Below, one piece after another: positions 62,836 through 64,000 of a stretch of DNA of 64,000 nt. Each line of letters opens with the position of its first letter. The first letter of the stretch is position 1. A model generated the notes under the pieces. It saw nothing but the letters and a program-made list of their open reading frames with translations. It was not told the DNA's origin and searched no databases. Where the stretch lies: assembly GCA_963765675.1 (NCBI GenBank), contig CAVXXK010000003.1:224001-288000 (forward strand), read 5' to 3'. Source of the DNA: an uncultured delta proteobacterium. GTDB lineage: Bacteria > Desulfobacterota > Binatia > Binatales > Binataceae. The position numbers were made by a program, and so were the translations under genes.

Positions 62836-63864
62836 ATGCCCGCGCTGGAAGATCTGCTCGCTTCGTATATCAAGCTGAAGCTGCCTCATGCCACTGAAGT
62901 CAGGGTCGATCAGCTCGAACAGATTTCGGGCGGAGCGTCCCGCCAAACCTATCGCTTCCGGCTCTCCTGCCGCGAGAATGGGGCCCCGCGCGCGCGGCGC
63001 TTGATCTTAAGACGCGACCCCTCGGACAGCCTCATCGACACCGATCGAAAAATCGAATTTGCCGCGTACCAGGCGTTTTACGGAACCGAGGTTCCGGTGC
63101 CCGAGGTTCTTTGGCTCGAAGATGATCCCGTCCATCTGGGCAGCCCGTTTTTTATCGGCGTGGAAATGACGGGACTTGAGACCGCGCCCGCGCGAATCAT
63201 GACCGAGCCGTATCTTTCGCATCACCAGAAGCTGGCCGAGCAGGAATGGTCGATCCTGGGCAAGATCGCATCGATCGATCCGCGCGCGATCGGCCTCGTC
63301 GGCACGATGGAATGGGTCGAGCCCGATGCGTGCTGGAAACGGGAACTCGACTACTGGGAGGGCGTGCTCGATTCCGACGAGTTGATCCCTCAACCGATTA
63401 TGCGCGCGGCGATCCGCTGGATGCGTCGTAACCCGCCACCGCCCGCCCAGAAAATCTGCGTCGTGCATGGCGACTATCGCACCGGAAATTTTTTATTCGA
63501 TGAAGAGGGACGCATCCACGGGATTCTCGACTGGGAAATGTCGCATCTGGGCGATCCACTTGAAGACCTGGCCTGGAGCTTCAATCGGACCTGGTGCTGG
63601 GGCCACGATGAGCGCCGCGGCGGTCTGATTGAGCGTGAAGGCGCAATCGCGATTTGGGAAAAGGCCAGCGGCCTCAAGGCCGACCTTGCCGCGCTGCATT
63701 GGTGGGAGCTATTCGCGAGCGTGAAGGGCCAGGGCATTTGGGTCTCGAGCGGGCACGCGTGGGAGACCGGCCAGAACAAAGATCCGATCCTGGTCCTTTG
63801 TTCGTGGGCGTTGATGAACAGCCAGGATCGTGCGGCGCTTGAACTGATGGGGCATCTCCGATGA
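62836..63864 (+). CDS. APH-like phosphotransferase (ACAD10/11 N-terminal type)
   Basis: GGASRQTY, VPVPEV, HGDYRTGN, LDWEMSHLGDPLEDL. Confidence 0.9.
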   Translation: MPALEDLLASYIKLKLPHATEVRVDQLEQISGGASRQTYRFRLSCRENGAPRARRLILRRDPSDSLIDTDRKIEFAAYQAFYGTEVPVPEVLWLEDDPVHLGSPFFIGVEMTGLETAPARIMTEPYLSHHQKLAEQEWSILGKIASIDPRAIGLVGTMEWVEPDACWKRELDYWEGVLDSDELIPQPIMRAAIRWMRRNPPPPAQKICVVHGDYRTGNFLFDEEGRIHGILDWEMSHLGDPLEDLAWSFNRTWCWGHDERRGGLIEREGAIAIWEKASGLKADLAALHWWELFASVKGQGIWVSSGHAWETGQNKDPILVLCSWALMNSQDRAALELMGHLR

Positions 63865-64000
63865 GGCCCCGTGTATCAGCGGTATTTCAGACGATGGCAG
63901 CGGACCTGGTTGAGCGTGTCGTCCCCGCGATCAGACCGCCGTACCATCAGGGAACGATCGGGATGATCGCATCCATGCTCTCCCTGGTCGGCGACGAATG
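63861..64000 (+). CDS. Hypothetical protein, 5' part only
   Basis: ATGA overlap with the phosphotransferase stop; open to the window end. Confidence 0.5.
   Translation, partial: MRPRVSAVFQTMAADLVERVVPAIRPPYHQGTIGMIASMLSLVGDE

Overview
High-GC bacterial chromosome segment; the gene repertoire would fit a Binatia/deltaproteobacteria-like organism (inference only). 1-43.9 kb is mostly core genome: a TonB-dependent uptake cluster running into tldD/tldE, a CoA transferase, a MoxR/RavA ATPase-recO-ilvC run, a Mo/W-sensing cluster, nfeD-stomatin, UDG, coaBC, inositol-phosphate synthase, Mrp/ApbC, lipid-catabolic enzymes, a K+-independent H+-PPase and tig-clpP-clpX-lon-hup. A tRNA-Val(TAC) follows. 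A ~12.8 kb element is integrated at this tRNA, bounded by a 50-bp direct repeat (43905-43954 and 56676-56725). It looks like a phage satellite: integrase, CGNR-type Zn-finger protein, excisionase, DUF927/Cch-like helicase, a Spo11/TopoVI-A-like TOPRIM protein, and both terminase subunits. It has no recognisable portal, capsid, tail or HNH gene. Where head genes normally follow terL, there is a translationally coupled array of four small, mutually divergent RRM RNA-binding protein genes. This terminase + RRM-array element is the strongest novelty candidate. Both ends carry 12-bp arm-type repeats and dense TGATCA arrays. A second, degraded tRNA 3' scar lies at 57574-57615. Many genes, including lon, carry single-base frameshifts, most likely assembly indel errors. 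All product calls come from motif recognition, not database searches.
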